Shown here in pieces: positions 28,668 to 38,559 of a stretch of DNA of 64,000 nucleotides. Origin of the DNA: Terriglobia bacterium (lineage in GTDB: Bacteria > Acidobacteriota > Terriglobia > Acidiferrales > UBA7541); the NCBI GenBank assembly GCA_963695545.1, contig OY968796.1, positions 3,232,001 to 3,296,000 on the forward strand. The letters run 5' to 3'. Both the position numbers and the translations under genes were made by a program. The notes under the pieces are model-generated. The model was not told the DNA's origin, made no database searches, and worked only from the letters and a program-made list of their open reading frames with translations. Within the stretch, counting starts at the first letter, position 1, and each line of letters starts with the position of its first letter.

Positions 28668-29054
28668 TTGCCTTTATATGAGTACGCCTGCAAGAAGTGC
28701 GGGCGCCACCACGAACGCATCGAAACCTTCAAGGGTCCGCACATGAGGACTTGCCCGAGCTGCGGCGGCAAAGTCGAGCAGTTGATTTCGGCGCCGGCGC
28801 TGCAATTCAAGGGCGCGGGCTGGTATGTGACCGACTACGCGGGGAAATCGTCGACGGGAGAATCCGGCAAGGGCGAAGGCGGCAAGAACGAAGGCGGCGA
28901 TTCGGCCAAGGCCGCGGACGCAAAAGAATCAAGCGGCGGCAGCGACGCGAAGGAGAGCAAGGAGTCGAAGGACACCAAAGAGACGAAAGAATCGAAAGAA
29001 ACGAAGGAAAGCAAGAGGTCGAAATCGGAACCCAAGCAGAGCAAGGAAAAATAA
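28668..29054 (+). CDS. FmdB-family zinc-ribbon protein with Lys/Glu/Ser low-complexity tail
   Basis: PLYEY.C..C...CP.CGG...FKG.GWY.TDY; TTG start after GGGAG. Confidence 0.88.
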   Translation: MPLYEYACKKCGRHHERIETFKGPHMRTCPSCGGKVEQLISAPALQFKGAGWYVTDYAGKSSTGESGKGEGGKNEGGDSAKAADAKESSGGSDAKESKESKDTKETKESKETKESKRSKSEPKQSKEK

Positions 29055-29076
29055 CTAAGCGCGACGCGGCGCGCGA

Positions 29077-29982
29077 TTAGAGTTTGAGGCCGTGCAGATA
29101 CGCGCGGAAATCCTTGCCAAGCTCTTTATTTTCGAGCGCGATTTCCACAGTCGCTTTCAAGAAGCCGAGTTTGTCGCCCGCGTCGTAGGATTTTCCCTCG
29201 TAGGTATAGGCCCAGAGACCCTTGGTGCGCGCGAGCGTCAGCAGCGCGTCGGTCAATTGGATTTCGCCGCCCGCGCCGGGTTTTGTTTTCGCCAGGATTT
29301 CAAAGATATCGGGCGGTAGGACGTAGCGTCCCGTGACGCCGAGATTCGACGGCGCCTTGTCGAGTTTGGGCTTTTCGACCATGTTGGTGATGCGCTGCAG
29401 GCGGTCTCCCCAGTGCCGATTCTCGGCGCGCTCGACGGCGACGACGCCGTAAAGATTTAGGCGATCGTGCGGCACTTCTTCCACCGCTATGGCTCCGATC
29501 CCCGTCGATTGATAGACGTCGATCAGTTGTTTCGTCGCCGGGCGCCGGCCCGGTATGATCACGTCGCCTAGCAGCACAGCGAAGGGCTCGTCGCCGACGA
29601 GCTCGCTGGCGGCGAGAACGGCGTGGCCAAGCCCCAGCGGCTCTTTCTGCCGCGTGTAACTAAAATGGGCCATATCGCCGATTTTGCGCACCATGGCGGC
29701 GAGATCCGATTTGCCTTTTTCCTCGAGGAAGCGCGCTAGCCCGGGCGAAGAATCGAAGTGATCTTCGATGGCATTCTTTCCGCGCCCCGTGACGATGATG
29801 ATGTGCTCGATCCCCGAGGCCACGCATTCTTCGACGACGTATTGCACCAGAGGCTTGTCCACGATCGGCAGCATTTCTTTCGGCTGCGCTTTTGTGGCGG
29901 GAAGAAAACGAGTGCCCAGGCCGGCGGCGGGAAGTACGGCTTTGCGGACGCGCTTGGGGGTCGGAGACGGGCTCGGAGTCAC
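29077..29982 (-). CDS. galU: UTP-glucose-1-phosphate uridylyltransferase
   Basis: AAGLGTRFLPATKAQPKEMLP, GLGHA, VEKP, GGEIQLTDA. Confidence 0.96.
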   Translation of the reverse strand: MTPSPSPTPKRVRKAVLPAAGLGTRFLPATKAQPKEMLPIVDKPLVQYVVEECVASGIEHIIIVTGRGKNAIEDHFDSSPGLARFLEEKGKSDLAAMVRKIGDMAHFSYTRQKEPLGLGHAVLAASELVGDEPFAVLLGDVIIPGRRPATKQLIDVYQSTGIGAIAVEEVPHDRLNLYGVVAVERAENRHWGDRLQRITNMVEKPKLDKAPSNLGVTGRYVLPPDIFEILAKTKPGAGGEIQLTDALLTLARTKGLWAYTYEGKSYDAGDKLGFLKATVEIALENKELGKDFRAYLHGLKL

Positions 29983-30126
29983 GATTCAACCTTACGAAGC
30001 CTTTGCACGAGTGTCAACCGCCCGTGGCGGCGCGCGTTCGCCGGTCGCAAGATGCGTCGCGGCGTGTGCTAGCATGAATTGTGCGTGCCGGCCGAAGATG
30101 CTGAATGACGGCAAAATGAATACACG

Positions 30127-31293
30127 ATGACAACGCGCATCCTTGGGATCGAATCATCCTGCGATGAGACGGCGGCGGCGGTGGTGGTCGACGGGCGCGA
30201 AATCCTTTCAAACGTTGTCGCGTCGCAAGTGGACGTGCATCGCAAGTACGGAGGCGTGGTCCCGGAGCTGGCTTCGCGCGAACATTTGCGGCACATCGTG
30301 CCGGTGGTGCGCGAAGCGCTGGAGCGCGCGGGCATGCGTCTTCCCGACGTCGACGCGATCGGCGTCACGCGCGGGCCGGGTCTTGTGGGCGCGCTTCTGG
30401 TGGGGCTGACGTACGGAAAAGTTCTGGCGCAGGCGCTAGGCAAGCCACTCGTCGCGGTCAATCACCTCGAGGGTCACGTTCACGCGGTCTTGCTGGAGGC
30501 CTATCGCGCGCATACGCAGCCCGAATTTCCGGCCGTTTGTTTGATCGTTTCCGGTGGCCACACGCTGCTATATCACGTGGATGCCGCCCCGTCCGTGACG
30601 GATTCCGCCGCGCTCCAACTGCGCTATCGCCGGCTCGGCGGCACGCGCGATGACGCCGCCGGCGAGGCCTATGACAAAGTGGCGCGGTTGCTCGCTCTCG
30701 GTTATCCGGGCGGCCCAATTTTGGACCAACTCGCCCGCGTCGAGCGGAATTCAGGCAACGGCCGTGACTCGAAGCGAGGCGCTTCGCATCGGCCAGGCGG
30801 CGCGCAATTTGGAACGCCGAAACTGCGCGGCAATCCACTCGATTTCAGCTTCAGCGGAATCAAGACCGCGGTGCTCTATTACGTGCGCGACCACGCCGAA
30901 TTCGCCCCCGAGATCGCGGTGCGCCGGGCCGCATTGCGGGAAGGGAAGCGCAGCGCGGCGGAACTCGCGCCGCTGTGCAGTCCCGCGACGCTCGATCTGG
31001 TGGCCGAATTCCAATCCGTGGTAGTCCGCGACCTGGCGGCCCGAACGCTATCGGCCGCGCGCGAGACCGCGGCGCGATCGGTGCTGGTTTCGGGCGGCGT
31101 GGCGGCCAATAGCGAGCTGCGGCGCGTTTTCGAGGAATCGTCTGCTGCAAGAGGACTGCCAGTTTTCTTCCCCAGCCGCGCTCTCTCCACCGACAACGCC
31201 GCGATGATCGCTGCCGCCGCGTATTCTCGATTGTTGACCGGTGAGCGCGCAGGCGAAGACCTGGACGCCGAAGCGGTTCTGCCGCTGGCCTGA
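30127..31293 (+). CDS. tsaD: tRNA t6A threonylcarbamoyltransferase
   Basis: GIESSCDET, GGVVPELASR.H, NHLEGH, DDAAGEAYDK, FSFSGIKT, TDNAAMIA. Confidence 0.96.
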   Translation: MTTRILGIESSCDETAAAVVVDGREILSNVVASQVDVHRKYGGVVPELASREHLRHIVPVVREALERAGMRLPDVDAIGVTRGPGLVGALLVGLTYGKVLAQALGKPLVAVNHLEGHVHAVLLEAYRAHTQPEFPAVCLIVSGGHTLLYHVDAAPSVTDSAALQLRYRRLGGTRDDAAGEAYDKVARLLALGYPGGPILDQLARVERNSGNGRDSKRGASHRPGGAQFGTPKLRGNPLDFSFSGIKTAVLYYVRDHAEFAPEIAVRRAALREGKRSAAELAPLCSPATLDLVAEFQSVVVRDLAARTLSAARETAARSVLVSGGVAANSELRRVFEESSAARGLPVFFPSRALSTDNAAMIAAAAYSRLLTGERAGEDLDAEAVLPLA

Positions 31294-31322
31294 AAGTCGT
31301 TTTCCGACCGCGAGGTCGCGCG

Positions 31323-31354
31323 AAAAAAAGCCCCGATCGCGAGACCGGGGCTTT
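31323..31354 (-). terminator. Intrinsic terminator between convergent tsaD and carD
   Basis: AAAAAAAGCCCCG-loop-CGGGGCTTT; T7 tail on the minus strand. Confidence 0.75.
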
Positions 31355-31395
31355 GAAATTTCAGAATGTTGGTTGAGAAAAGTTGCTTGGCGAGC

Positions 31396-31932
31396 TTACG
31401 CTTCCGCCTTGTCCAGGTTATTCGGCATCTGCAGGCGGGCCTTGGCGAGCGACTTCACCAGTACGCCTTCCATGGATTCCGCGCTCAGATTGCGGGCTGT
31501 TGCGAGTTCGCTGACGAGGAGGAATTTGGCGCGCTCGAGCATCTTCTTTTCGCGGAACGATAGCGGCTTCGTCCGGCTGAGCGACACCAGGCTCTTGAGC
31601 ACCGCGGCGACTTCAATCAGCGCGCCGGTTCTCATGCGTTCGGAGTTTTCTTTGAAGCGGTGTTTCCAATCGTGGTGGGCGTTGCACTTGCCTTTTTCGA
31701 GGTAGCTCAAAACTCGGAGAGTTTCGCCGTTTCGAATCACCGGTCGAAGGCCCACGGTACACGCATTCGTTTGCGGAACCATAACCTTCAAGCCACTCGA
31801 ACAGATGCGCAACATGTAATACTTTTCGGTCCGGCCTTCCAGGAACCCGTAACTGATTTGTTCGATTACGCCAACGCCGTGGTTGGGATAGACAACTTTG
31901 TCCCCGATCCTGTACTCGACCTTGAAGTCCAT
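31396..31932 (-). CDS. CarD/CdnL-family transcription factor
   Basis: GDKVVYPNHGVGVI, VMVP, W..RFKEN, LSFREKKMLERA. Confidence 0.92.
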   Translation of the reverse strand: MDFKVEYRIGDKVVYPNHGVGVIEQISYGFLEGRTEKYYMLRICSSGLKVMVPQTNACTVGLRPVIRNGETLRVLSYLEKGKCNAHHDWKHRFKENSERMRTGALIEVAAVLKSLVSLSRTKPLSFREKKMLERAKFLLVSELATARNLSAESMEGVLVKSLAKARLQMPNNLDKAEA

Positions 31933-32117
31933 AGGCTTGGATGTTCCCCCCGTGTTACAGTTCGAAGACTACGGCATTCCCTGTAGGGAAGTCAAGCTAT
32001 TTCTCATAGAATCAGCAAGTTAACTTGAATTTCGTTTTGGGATTGGCAAGAAAATTGCTTTGAGTTTCGCGCCCCTTCTATGCTTCGCGGTACCACAGTT
32101 CGCGGTACTATCGTCTC

Positions 32118-32870
32118 GTGAGAATCCTGGCCATAGACACCTCGAGCGCATGCGGAAGCGTTGCTTTGCTGTCGGACGCGCGCATCCTGGCGGAAGAGAG
32201 TGGCGAATCCGCCGATCCGTCGTCCTCGAGCCTATTTCGCCGCGTCAGCAGCGTCCTGGGCAAGGCCGCTGGGAAGCTTTCCGAGGTCGATTGCTTTGCC
32301 GTGGCCGCGGGACCCGGCTCGTTCACCGGGCTGCGCGTGGGTTTGACCGCGGTAAAGGGCTGGGCCGAGGTTTGGCAGCGTCCTATCGCTGCGATCAGCG
32401 TCCTTGAAGCTGTTGCGGCCCAGGCCACGGAGCCTGGATCTACCTTGGCGGCTCTGACGGACGCGCGCAGGGGGCTGCTTTTTTGCGGATTGTACCGGCG
32501 CATTTCGCTGCATCGCGGCGGCAACGGTGAGAGTCCGGCTCGCGCGGGCCAGTCCGACGGCCTCGATGAACTCGAGAAGGCCGGCGAAGAAATTGTGTCG
32601 ACTCTGCGGGAGATCCTCGATCGCCTGCTTGGCGGCGCGGCCGAGCCGCCCTTGTTCGTGACGCCGTCGCGAGAAGTGGCGCTTGCGCTGGTAAGTTCGC
32701 TCGCGGGCCGCAGCGCGCGAATCGAAATGGTTTCGCCGGCGCTCGCGCCCGTGATTGGACGCCTGGGCCTGCGGCGAGCGGTGCGCGGCGAATTGGTGGA
32801 CGCGCTTGGCCTGAACGCGAACTATATTCAGCGATCCGCGGCCGAGCTGAACTGGAAGGAACGCGTATGA
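32118..32870 (+). CDS. tsaB: tRNA t6A biosynthesis protein
   Basis: ILAIDTS, GPGSFTGLRVG, DARRG. Confidence 0.92.
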   Translation: MRILAIDTSSACGSVALLSDARILAEESGESADPSSSSLFRRVSSVLGKAAGKLSEVDCFAVAAGPGSFTGLRVGLTAVKGWAEVWQRPIAAISVLEAVAAQATEPGSTLAALTDARRGLLFCGLYRRISLHRGGNGESPARAGQSDGLDELEKAGEEIVSTLREILDRLLGGAAEPPLFVTPSREVALALVSSLAGRSARIEMVSPALAPVIGRLGLRRAVRGELVDALGLNANYIQRSAAELNWKERV

Positions 32871-33331
32871 AAGCTTCGATCCCCGTCGCCGCAATTCGAG
32901 TGCGGCCGGTCGAACCGCGCGACGCCGCTGGCATCACCGTCGTGGCGGCGGATTCGCCCGGAGCCGCGCCGTGGTCGGCGAATCAGTACCAAGACGCGGC
33001 GCGCGGCGATTACCAGGGATGGCTTGCCGAGCAGGATACGATCGTGGTTGGATTTGTGTTCACTCGGATCGCGGCGGACGAAGTGGAAATTCTGAATCTT
33101 GCCGTCGCGCCGGATCGGCGCCGGCAGGGCATTGCGTCGCAACTGATTGCCCGCGCGCTTGAGGCCGCCAAAGAATCAGGCGCCGCGCGTGCGTATCTCG
33201 AAGTGCGCCCCTCGAACCGCGCGGCGATCGCGCTTTACCGCAAGCACGGGCTCGCCCCCGCGGGCCGCCGCGCTTGCTACTATTCGAGCCCCGTCGAAGA
33301 CGCGTTGGTGCTCTCAAGAACTGTGTCATGA
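32867..33331 (+). CDS. rimI: RimI-like GNAT acetyltransferase
   Basis: EILNLAV.P..RRQGIA, LEVRPSN.AAI.LY, YY....EDA; ATGA overlap with tsaB. Confidence 0.88.
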   Translation: MKASIPVAAIRVRPVEPRDAAGITVVAADSPGAAPWSANQYQDAARGDYQGWLAEQDTIVVGFVFTRIAADEVEILNLAVAPDRRRQGIASQLIARALEAAKESGAARAYLEVRPSNRAAIALYRKHGLAPAGRRACYYSSPVEDALVLSRTVS

Positions 33332-33687
33332 CTTCCGAAGAAAAGCGTCTCTACCACCAAATCCATCCGCTGAAGTTGGGCACGGATATCTCCGCATCGA
33401 TTGTTTCTTTGTTTTTCTTTTGGCAGCATCGATGGGGAACGGCGCTCTTGATCCATCTGGTTCCGCCGTTCGCCGCGTCGTTCCTGCTTATGAAGTACGC
33501 CAATCTGGATCGTCAGAAGAATTCCGCGTTCGGCCGCTACGTAAAGCTTCACATGACGGCTTCCGTGGTTTTAGGCAGAATGGCGGGCGACGCAGTCACC
33601 GTCTTCGCGGCGTGGTTTCATCAGGCGTTGATGCTCGCGACGGGCGTCGGAATCATCGTCGCCGCGTGGGTTTCGGGCGCCACTTAA
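33328..33687 (+). CDS. Small hypothetical membrane protein
   Basis: ATGA overlap with the rimI stop; LYHQIHPLKL then 4 hydrophobic segments. Confidence 0.7.
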   Translation: MTSEEKRLYHQIHPLKLGTDISASIVSLFFFWQHRWGTALLIHLVPPFAASFLLMKYANLDRQKNSAFGRYVKLHMTASVVLGRMAGDAVTVFAAWFHQALMLATGVGIIVAAWVSGAT

Positions 33688-34068
33688 CATCGGCGTCATT
33701 CACTGGGCATTGGTTTCGGCGCAACGGAAACCGATGTTTGATGCCGAACTGCCCGGCGTGTTCGTGGTTCGCGCGGCCACTCTGTAGCGGCTGCGGTACT
33801 ACGCGCGGCGAAAGAACGACCCTCCCTCCACCACTTTTGAATCGCCCGCTGCGGGCCCCGATGGATCGCGCACCGCAGTATCCGCGGAGAGCACTGCATA
33901 AAACCATTCCGTGCGCCGTTTCCACAGACTGCCGGTGCCTGCGGCACTTCGGTCCGGCACAAATCGAAAAGGTCTTGCGAAACCCTCTTGGCTTGTACCT
34001 CCCATTGTGTTAGGTTGGCGCTGTTATGTGATTCATGCCCAAAGTTCAGCCGTGCAGGAGGTGCCCCA

Positions 34069-34302
34069 ATGGCGACTCTGCCAGGTGATCTCCGAGAAAA
34101 GATATTGAACGGGGATCCCGAGTATCAACGGCTTCTGCAAGAGCATTCGCAATACGCATCGCAGCTAGAGCAGATTACCAAGTCTCCCTACCTCAGTTCC
34201 GAAGACCTGATTCAGGAAATCACTCTAAAGAAGATGAAGCTAAGAGCCAAAGACGCCATCGAGAAACGCGTGGCGCATTTGGCGAACCGAGTTCTGGTTT
34301 AG
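34069..34302 (+). CDS. YdcH/DUF465-family coiled-coil protein
   Basis: AGGAGG RBS; EY..L..EH......L and LKK.KL..KD. Confidence 0.8.
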   Translation: MATLPGDLREKILNGDPEYQRLLQEHSQYASQLEQITKSPYLSSEDLIQEITLKKMKLRAKDAIEKRVAHLANRVLV

Positions 34303-34452
34303 GATCATTGGCTCCGCAAGGCCGCGAAAGATTGGCACGCTCCGAGTGTCACGCGATTGAGCTCTACGGCATGCCTCGTACACCAACGGCGAATCTCTCC
34401 CCAAACTGTCGTAGAATGGGCGGGGCGTGGGCTCGGCCTCTCGCTACTCTCG

Positions 34453-35079
34453 ATGGTTCGCGACGGTTACAAATTCGCCGCTCCCCCGCTTCTCGCAGGT
34501 CTTGTGGCGCTCGGATTTGGTTTTCGGTGGAGCGCGGCGCTGTGGGCCGGCATTGTGCTGCTGCTGCTGGCGGCCTTCGTGGCGTATTTTTTTCGCGATC
34601 CGCAGCGAGTGATTCCAAACGATTCCGCGGCCATCGTTTCGCCGGCCGATGGACGCGTGATGGAAGTTGTGGAAGAGATTTTCGGGGGACGGCCCGGACA
34701 GCGCATCAGTATTTTTCTGGCGATCTGGAACGTGCACGTGAATCGTTCGCCCATGGCCGGCCGCATCGAGCAGATCGAATATCGGCCCGGGCGATTTTAT
34801 GCCGCCATGCGCTCCCGGGCGTCCGAGGAAAATGAACAGAACGTGATTCGCCTTCGCACCCAGCGCGGCGACTTGGTTTTCAAGCAAATTGCGGGATGGG
34901 TGGCCCGCCGCGTGGTGTGCTGGAAAAAGCCCGGTGATCAGGTGGCCACCGGTGAGCGCATCGGCCTGATTCGTTTCGGTTCGCGCATGGATGTGTGGCT
35001 ACCCGATGGCGCGGAAATTCTGGTAAAGCCCGGCGAGCATGTGGCCGGCGGTTCGAGTATCCTTGCGCGGTGGACATGA
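34453..35079 (+). CDS. psd: Phosphatidylserine decarboxylase (short type)
   Basis: FFRDP.R, SPADGRV, NVHVNRSP, QIAG..ARR, RFGSR.D cleavage motif. Confidence 0.92.
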   Translation: MVRDGYKFAAPPLLAGLVALGFGFRWSAALWAGIVLLLLAAFVAYFFRDPQRVIPNDSAAIVSPADGRVMEVVEEIFGGRPGQRISIFLAIWNVHVNRSPMAGRIEQIEYRPGRFYAAMRSRASEENEQNVIRLRTQRGDLVFKQIAGWVARRVVCWKKPGDQVATGERIGLIRFGSRMDVWLPDGAEILVKPGEHVAGGSSILARWT

Positions 35080-35909
35080 AAGAATACGAACAACGCGAAC
35101 TCGGATTCGAGGGACGCCTGCGCAGTCAGCAGCGTCTGCGCCGCGGCATTTACCTGCTGCCGAGTCTCTTCACCGTCGGCAACATGATGTGCGGCTTTTA
35201 TGCGGTGATCGCCGTGCTCAAGGGCGGCGCCGCGGATTTGGACTACGCCGCGATCGCCATCGGATTCGCCATCGTGTTCGACGTCTTCGACGGTTTCGTG
35301 GCGCGCGCCACGCACACCAACACAGACTTCGGTAAGCAATTCGATTCGCTCGCTGACGTGGTGAGCTTCGGCATTGCCCCGGCGACCTTGGCGTACACCT
35401 GGGGCGTTCACGGCATGCTCGCGAGCGACGCTCCGCAAGCGCGCCACATCTATGAGCTCGGCTGGTACATCAGCCTCTTTTATGTAATTTGCTGCGCGTG
35501 GCGTTTGGCGCGGTTCAATGTGCAGGGCATGGCGCCGGGCGGATCGCGATTTTTCGTGGGCCTGCCCACGCCTGCTGCCGCCGGGCTTATCGCCGCGAGC
35601 GTCCACGCGTTTCGCGCTCCCCTTGAAGACTGGCGCTGGGCGGCCGCCTGGCTCGCGTTGGTTTTTGTGGCCGGGACGTTGATGGTCAGCGCCGTGCGCT
35701 ATCGCAGCTTCAAAGACGTTCCCTGGGCGCGCAAGCAGCCTTCCGTGGCCATCGTGCTCATCGCGTGCCTTGTCGGGGCCATCGTAGTGTATTCGGAGAT
35801 CGTCCTCATCCTCCTCGCCAGCGTGTACATAACTTTTGGCGTCGTTTCGCATGTGGTGCGCGTGGCCCGGCAACGTCCCGTCTCTCACCCCTCCAGTCCC
35901 GTCGTCTAA
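35076..35909 (+). CDS. pssA: CDP-diacylglycerol-serine O-phosphatidyltransferase
   Basis: LPSLFT.GN, D..DG.VAR.......GK..DSLAD..SFG.AP, RLARFN, F.GLP.P. Confidence 0.92.
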   Translation: MKEYEQRELGFEGRLRSQQRLRRGIYLLPSLFTVGNMMCGFYAVIAVLKGGAADLDYAAIAIGFAIVFDVFDGFVARATHTNTDFGKQFDSLADVVSFGIAPATLAYTWGVHGMLASDAPQARHIYELGWYISLFYVICCAWRLARFNVQGMAPGGSRFFVGLPTPAAAGLIAASVHAFRAPLEDWRWAAAWLALVFVAGTLMVSAVRYRSFKDVPWARKQPSVAIVLIACLVGAIVVYSEIVLILLASVYITFGVVSHVVRVARQRPVSHPSSPVV

Positions 35910-35912
35910 CCC

Positions 35913-36929
35913 ATGCCCAGCTCTGAACCAGGACTTCGCATCGCAATCGTCGGCGCAACTTCGCTCCGCGGCAAGGAATTGAAGGAAGCTCTGGAGGCTT
36001 CGGTGCTGGTCGCCGCGGAAGTCACTCTGGTTGACGACGAAATTTACGCCGGCACCGTCACCGAATTCGGCGGCGAGCCGGCGATAGTCAATCCCGTCGG
36101 CGAGGAAGACTTTTCCGGCGTGCGGTACGTGTTTTTCGCCGGCTCGCCGGAATTGACTGCGCGCCACGCCCCCGCTGCCCTCGCCGCCGGAGCCACGCTG
36201 ATCGATTTAACCGGCGGCCTCGCGGCGATGCCGGACGCTGTGCCGTGGATTCCCACGCTCGATTCCGTGCTGCCTTCGCCGCGCCGCACAAACGGATCGG
36301 CTGCGGCCGCTCGTGTCTATCTATCTCCCTCCGTGCCGGCCATGATTGCGTGCGCCTTCGCCGCATCGCTTCCCGCCGCGGGCGGCAGCAGAGCGCAGAT
36401 CGTTTTCCTGCAGCCGGTTTCTGAGCGCGGCGCCGTCGGCGTCGAAGAACTCGAAAAGCAAACGGTTCAGCTGCTTTCCATGCAGCCGTCGGGCCAGGAA
36501 GTTTTTGACGCACAAATCGCGTTCAACATTCTCGATCGTTACGGCCCCGCATCGACCGTGACGCTTCTCGAGCAGCGCCAGGAATTGGGCCGCGATGTCG
36601 CGCGCTATCTAGCGGGCCGCGTTCCGGCGCCGGCCGCCACGCTGCTCCAGGCGCCCGTGTTTTTTTCTTATGCGTTCATGGCCTATGCCGAGGTCGATTC
36701 CGCTGACGCGCTCGTTCCGCGTCTTGCCGCCGCCGGATTCAAATTCCTGGAAGAAGGCGAAGTGGGGCCGACGAACGTGAGCGTCGCCGGCGAATCGCGC
36801 CCCGTGCTCGGGCGCCCCGCCCGCGATCAGAACGTCGAGCGTGGCTGGTGGTTCTGGGGCGCCGCGGACAACGTGCGCGTCGCCGCCGCCAATGCGGTAT
36901 CGATTGCGGAGCGGCTTCGTGCGTCGTAA
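35913..36929 (+). CDS. Asd/Usg-like protein, probably catalytically inactive
   Basis: IAIVGATSLRG, QIAFNIL, QAPVF, ADNVRVAAANAV; the catalytic Cys and His positions are not conserved. Confidence 0.75.
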   Translation: MPSSEPGLRIAIVGATSLRGKELKEALEASVLVAAEVTLVDDEIYAGTVTEFGGEPAIVNPVGEEDFSGVRYVFFAGSPELTARHAPAALAAGATLIDLTGGLAAMPDAVPWIPTLDSVLPSPRRTNGSAAAARVYLSPSVPAMIACAFAASLPAAGGSRAQIVFLQPVSERGAVGVEELEKQTVQLLSMQPSGQEVFDAQIAFNILDRYGPASTVTLLEQRQELGRDVARYLAGRVPAPAATLLQAPVFFSYAFMAYAEVDSADALVPRLAAAGFKFLEEGEVGPTNVSVAGESRPVLGRPARDQNVERGWWFWGAADNVRVAAANAVSIAERLRAS

Positions 36930-37479
36930 GCGCAAGGCGCGCTCGCTCGTCACACGGGCGAGGCGGCGCGCGCTCTCGGCAGCGCTGCTTCTCGCCGCGA
37001 GCGTCGCCGCTGGCTGCGGCTACACCGTAGCTGGCCGCGCGACGCGCATTCCGCCCGACGTGCACACCATCGCCGTCTTGCCGCTCGTCAATAAAACCAG
37101 CACCTACCGTATCGAGCAGCGCATGACCAACGCCGTGGTGCGCGAATTTCTCGAACGCACCAAATATCGCATCGTGCCGACCGATACCGGCGCCGACGCC
37201 GTGCTCAGCGGCGAAATCTCCAGCATCAGCGCCTCCGCCGTCACTTACGATTACACCACCGGCCGCGCCACCACCATGCTCGTCACCGTGACCATGAAAG
37301 TGCGACTCGAAGATCGCGATCGCAAAGTGCTCTATGAGAATGACAATTATGTTTTTCGGCAGCCCTACGAAATTTCAACCGACGTGAACAGCTTCTTTCA
37401 GGAAGAGGGCCCCGCGCTCGACCGCATGTCGCAGGATTTCGCGTCGCGTCTGGTCGCCGACGTCCTCGAAAACTTCTGA
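36919..37479 (+). CDS. lptE: LptE-family lipoprotein
   Basis: Lipobox VAAG-CGY, adjacent to holA as in conserved lptE-holA synteny; start approximate. Confidence 0.78.
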   Translation: MRRKRKARSLVTRARRRALSAALLLAASVAAGCGYTVAGRATRIPPDVHTIAVLPLVNKTSTYRIEQRMTNAVVREFLERTKYRIVPTDTGADAVLSGEISSISASAVTYDYTTGRATTMLVTVTMKVRLEDRDRKVLYENDNYVFRQPYEISTDVNSFFQEEGPALDRMSQDFASRLVADVLENF

Positions 37480-38519
37480 TGCCCAAGATTGAAACCGCGG
37501 AGTTGCTCGATCGCCTGGCGAAGGGCAAGCCCATGCCGGGCATTCTTCTGTTGGGCCAGGAAAGTTATCTTCGCGATTTGTGCCGCAAAGCGATCATCGA
37601 GGCCGTGGTTCCCGAAGATGCGCGTGAGTGGGGCGTCGCGCGCTGTGATGCCTCCGAAGAAGATTCCTCGGCGATTCTCGCGTTGGCTGCCACGCCGTCT
37701 CTGCTCGCGCCGCGCCAGATCGTTTTTGTGCGCGGCATCGAGGCCTGGGAGAAACTCGGTGAAAATGCGCGCGAAGCCCTGCTCGCCGATCTGGCCGCCT
37801 ATTTCGCGCAGCCGTCCGCGTCGAGTACGCTGGTCCTCGAAGCCGAATCGCTCGATCAACGATTGAAGCTTTGGAAGCTGCTCTCCGACGAAGTTCTCGT
37901 TGTTGGGCTCGAGTTGCCGGAAGAACCGCAAGCACGCGCCCGCGCGGCCGCCGCGATCTTGACGCAAATGGCCAAAGAAGCCGGCGTAACACTCGAGAAA
38001 GATGCGGCCGAAGAATTGACCGAGCTTGCCAGCGCCGATCTCGCCGCCGCACGCACCGAAATCGCCAAGCTCGCAACGTACGCCGGCGATCGAAAGCGCA
38101 TCACGCGCGAAGATGTCGAGGCCCTCGTCGTCAGCGGGCGCAAATATTCTGTGTGGGAATTGGCCGAGGTCTTCGCTTCGCGCGAAACCGCGCGCGCCAT
38201 GACCTTCCTTGAAAGTTTATTGCGCGAAGGCGAGCAGCCCGTGCAAATCGTCGGCGCGATGGCCTGGATGTGCCGCAAACTTCTCGAAGCGCAGGATCTC
38301 CCGGCGCAAACATCGAAGTTTCAAGCCGCGGGCCGCCTCCAGATGCGCCCGCCCATGGCGGAAATGGCGCTGCGCGAATCACGCCGTATTCCTCGCGCTC
38401 AACTTTTAGAGGGTCTCGCGGCGCTCTACGAAGCCGATTCGCGTCTAAAATCGTCGGCGCCAAACCCGCGTGCCATATTGGAATTTCTGGTAGCGCGATT
38501 CGCGGCGGCCGGCCAATGA
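37479..38519 (+). CDS. holA: DNA polymerase III delta subunit
   Basis: LL.G.E.YL, TPSLLAPR.IV, EIAKLATY, EAD..LKS; next to rpsT. Confidence 0.88.
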   Translation: MPKIETAELLDRLAKGKPMPGILLLGQESYLRDLCRKAIIEAVVPEDAREWGVARCDASEEDSSAILALAATPSLLAPRQIVFVRGIEAWEKLGENAREALLADLAAYFAQPSASSTLVLEAESLDQRLKLWKLLSDEVLVVGLELPEEPQARARAAAAILTQMAKEAGVTLEKDAAEELTELASADLAAARTEIAKLATYAGDRKRITREDVEALVVSGRKYSVWELAEVFASRETARAMTFLESLLREGEQPVQIVGAMAWMCRKLLEAQDLPAQTSKFQAAGRLQMRPPMAEMALRESRRIPRAQLLEGLAALYEADSRLKSSAPNPRAILEFLVARFAAAGQ

Positions 38520-38559
38520 TCATCCCGCGATGGTTCGCCGCGCCGGACCGCGCGTCGTT

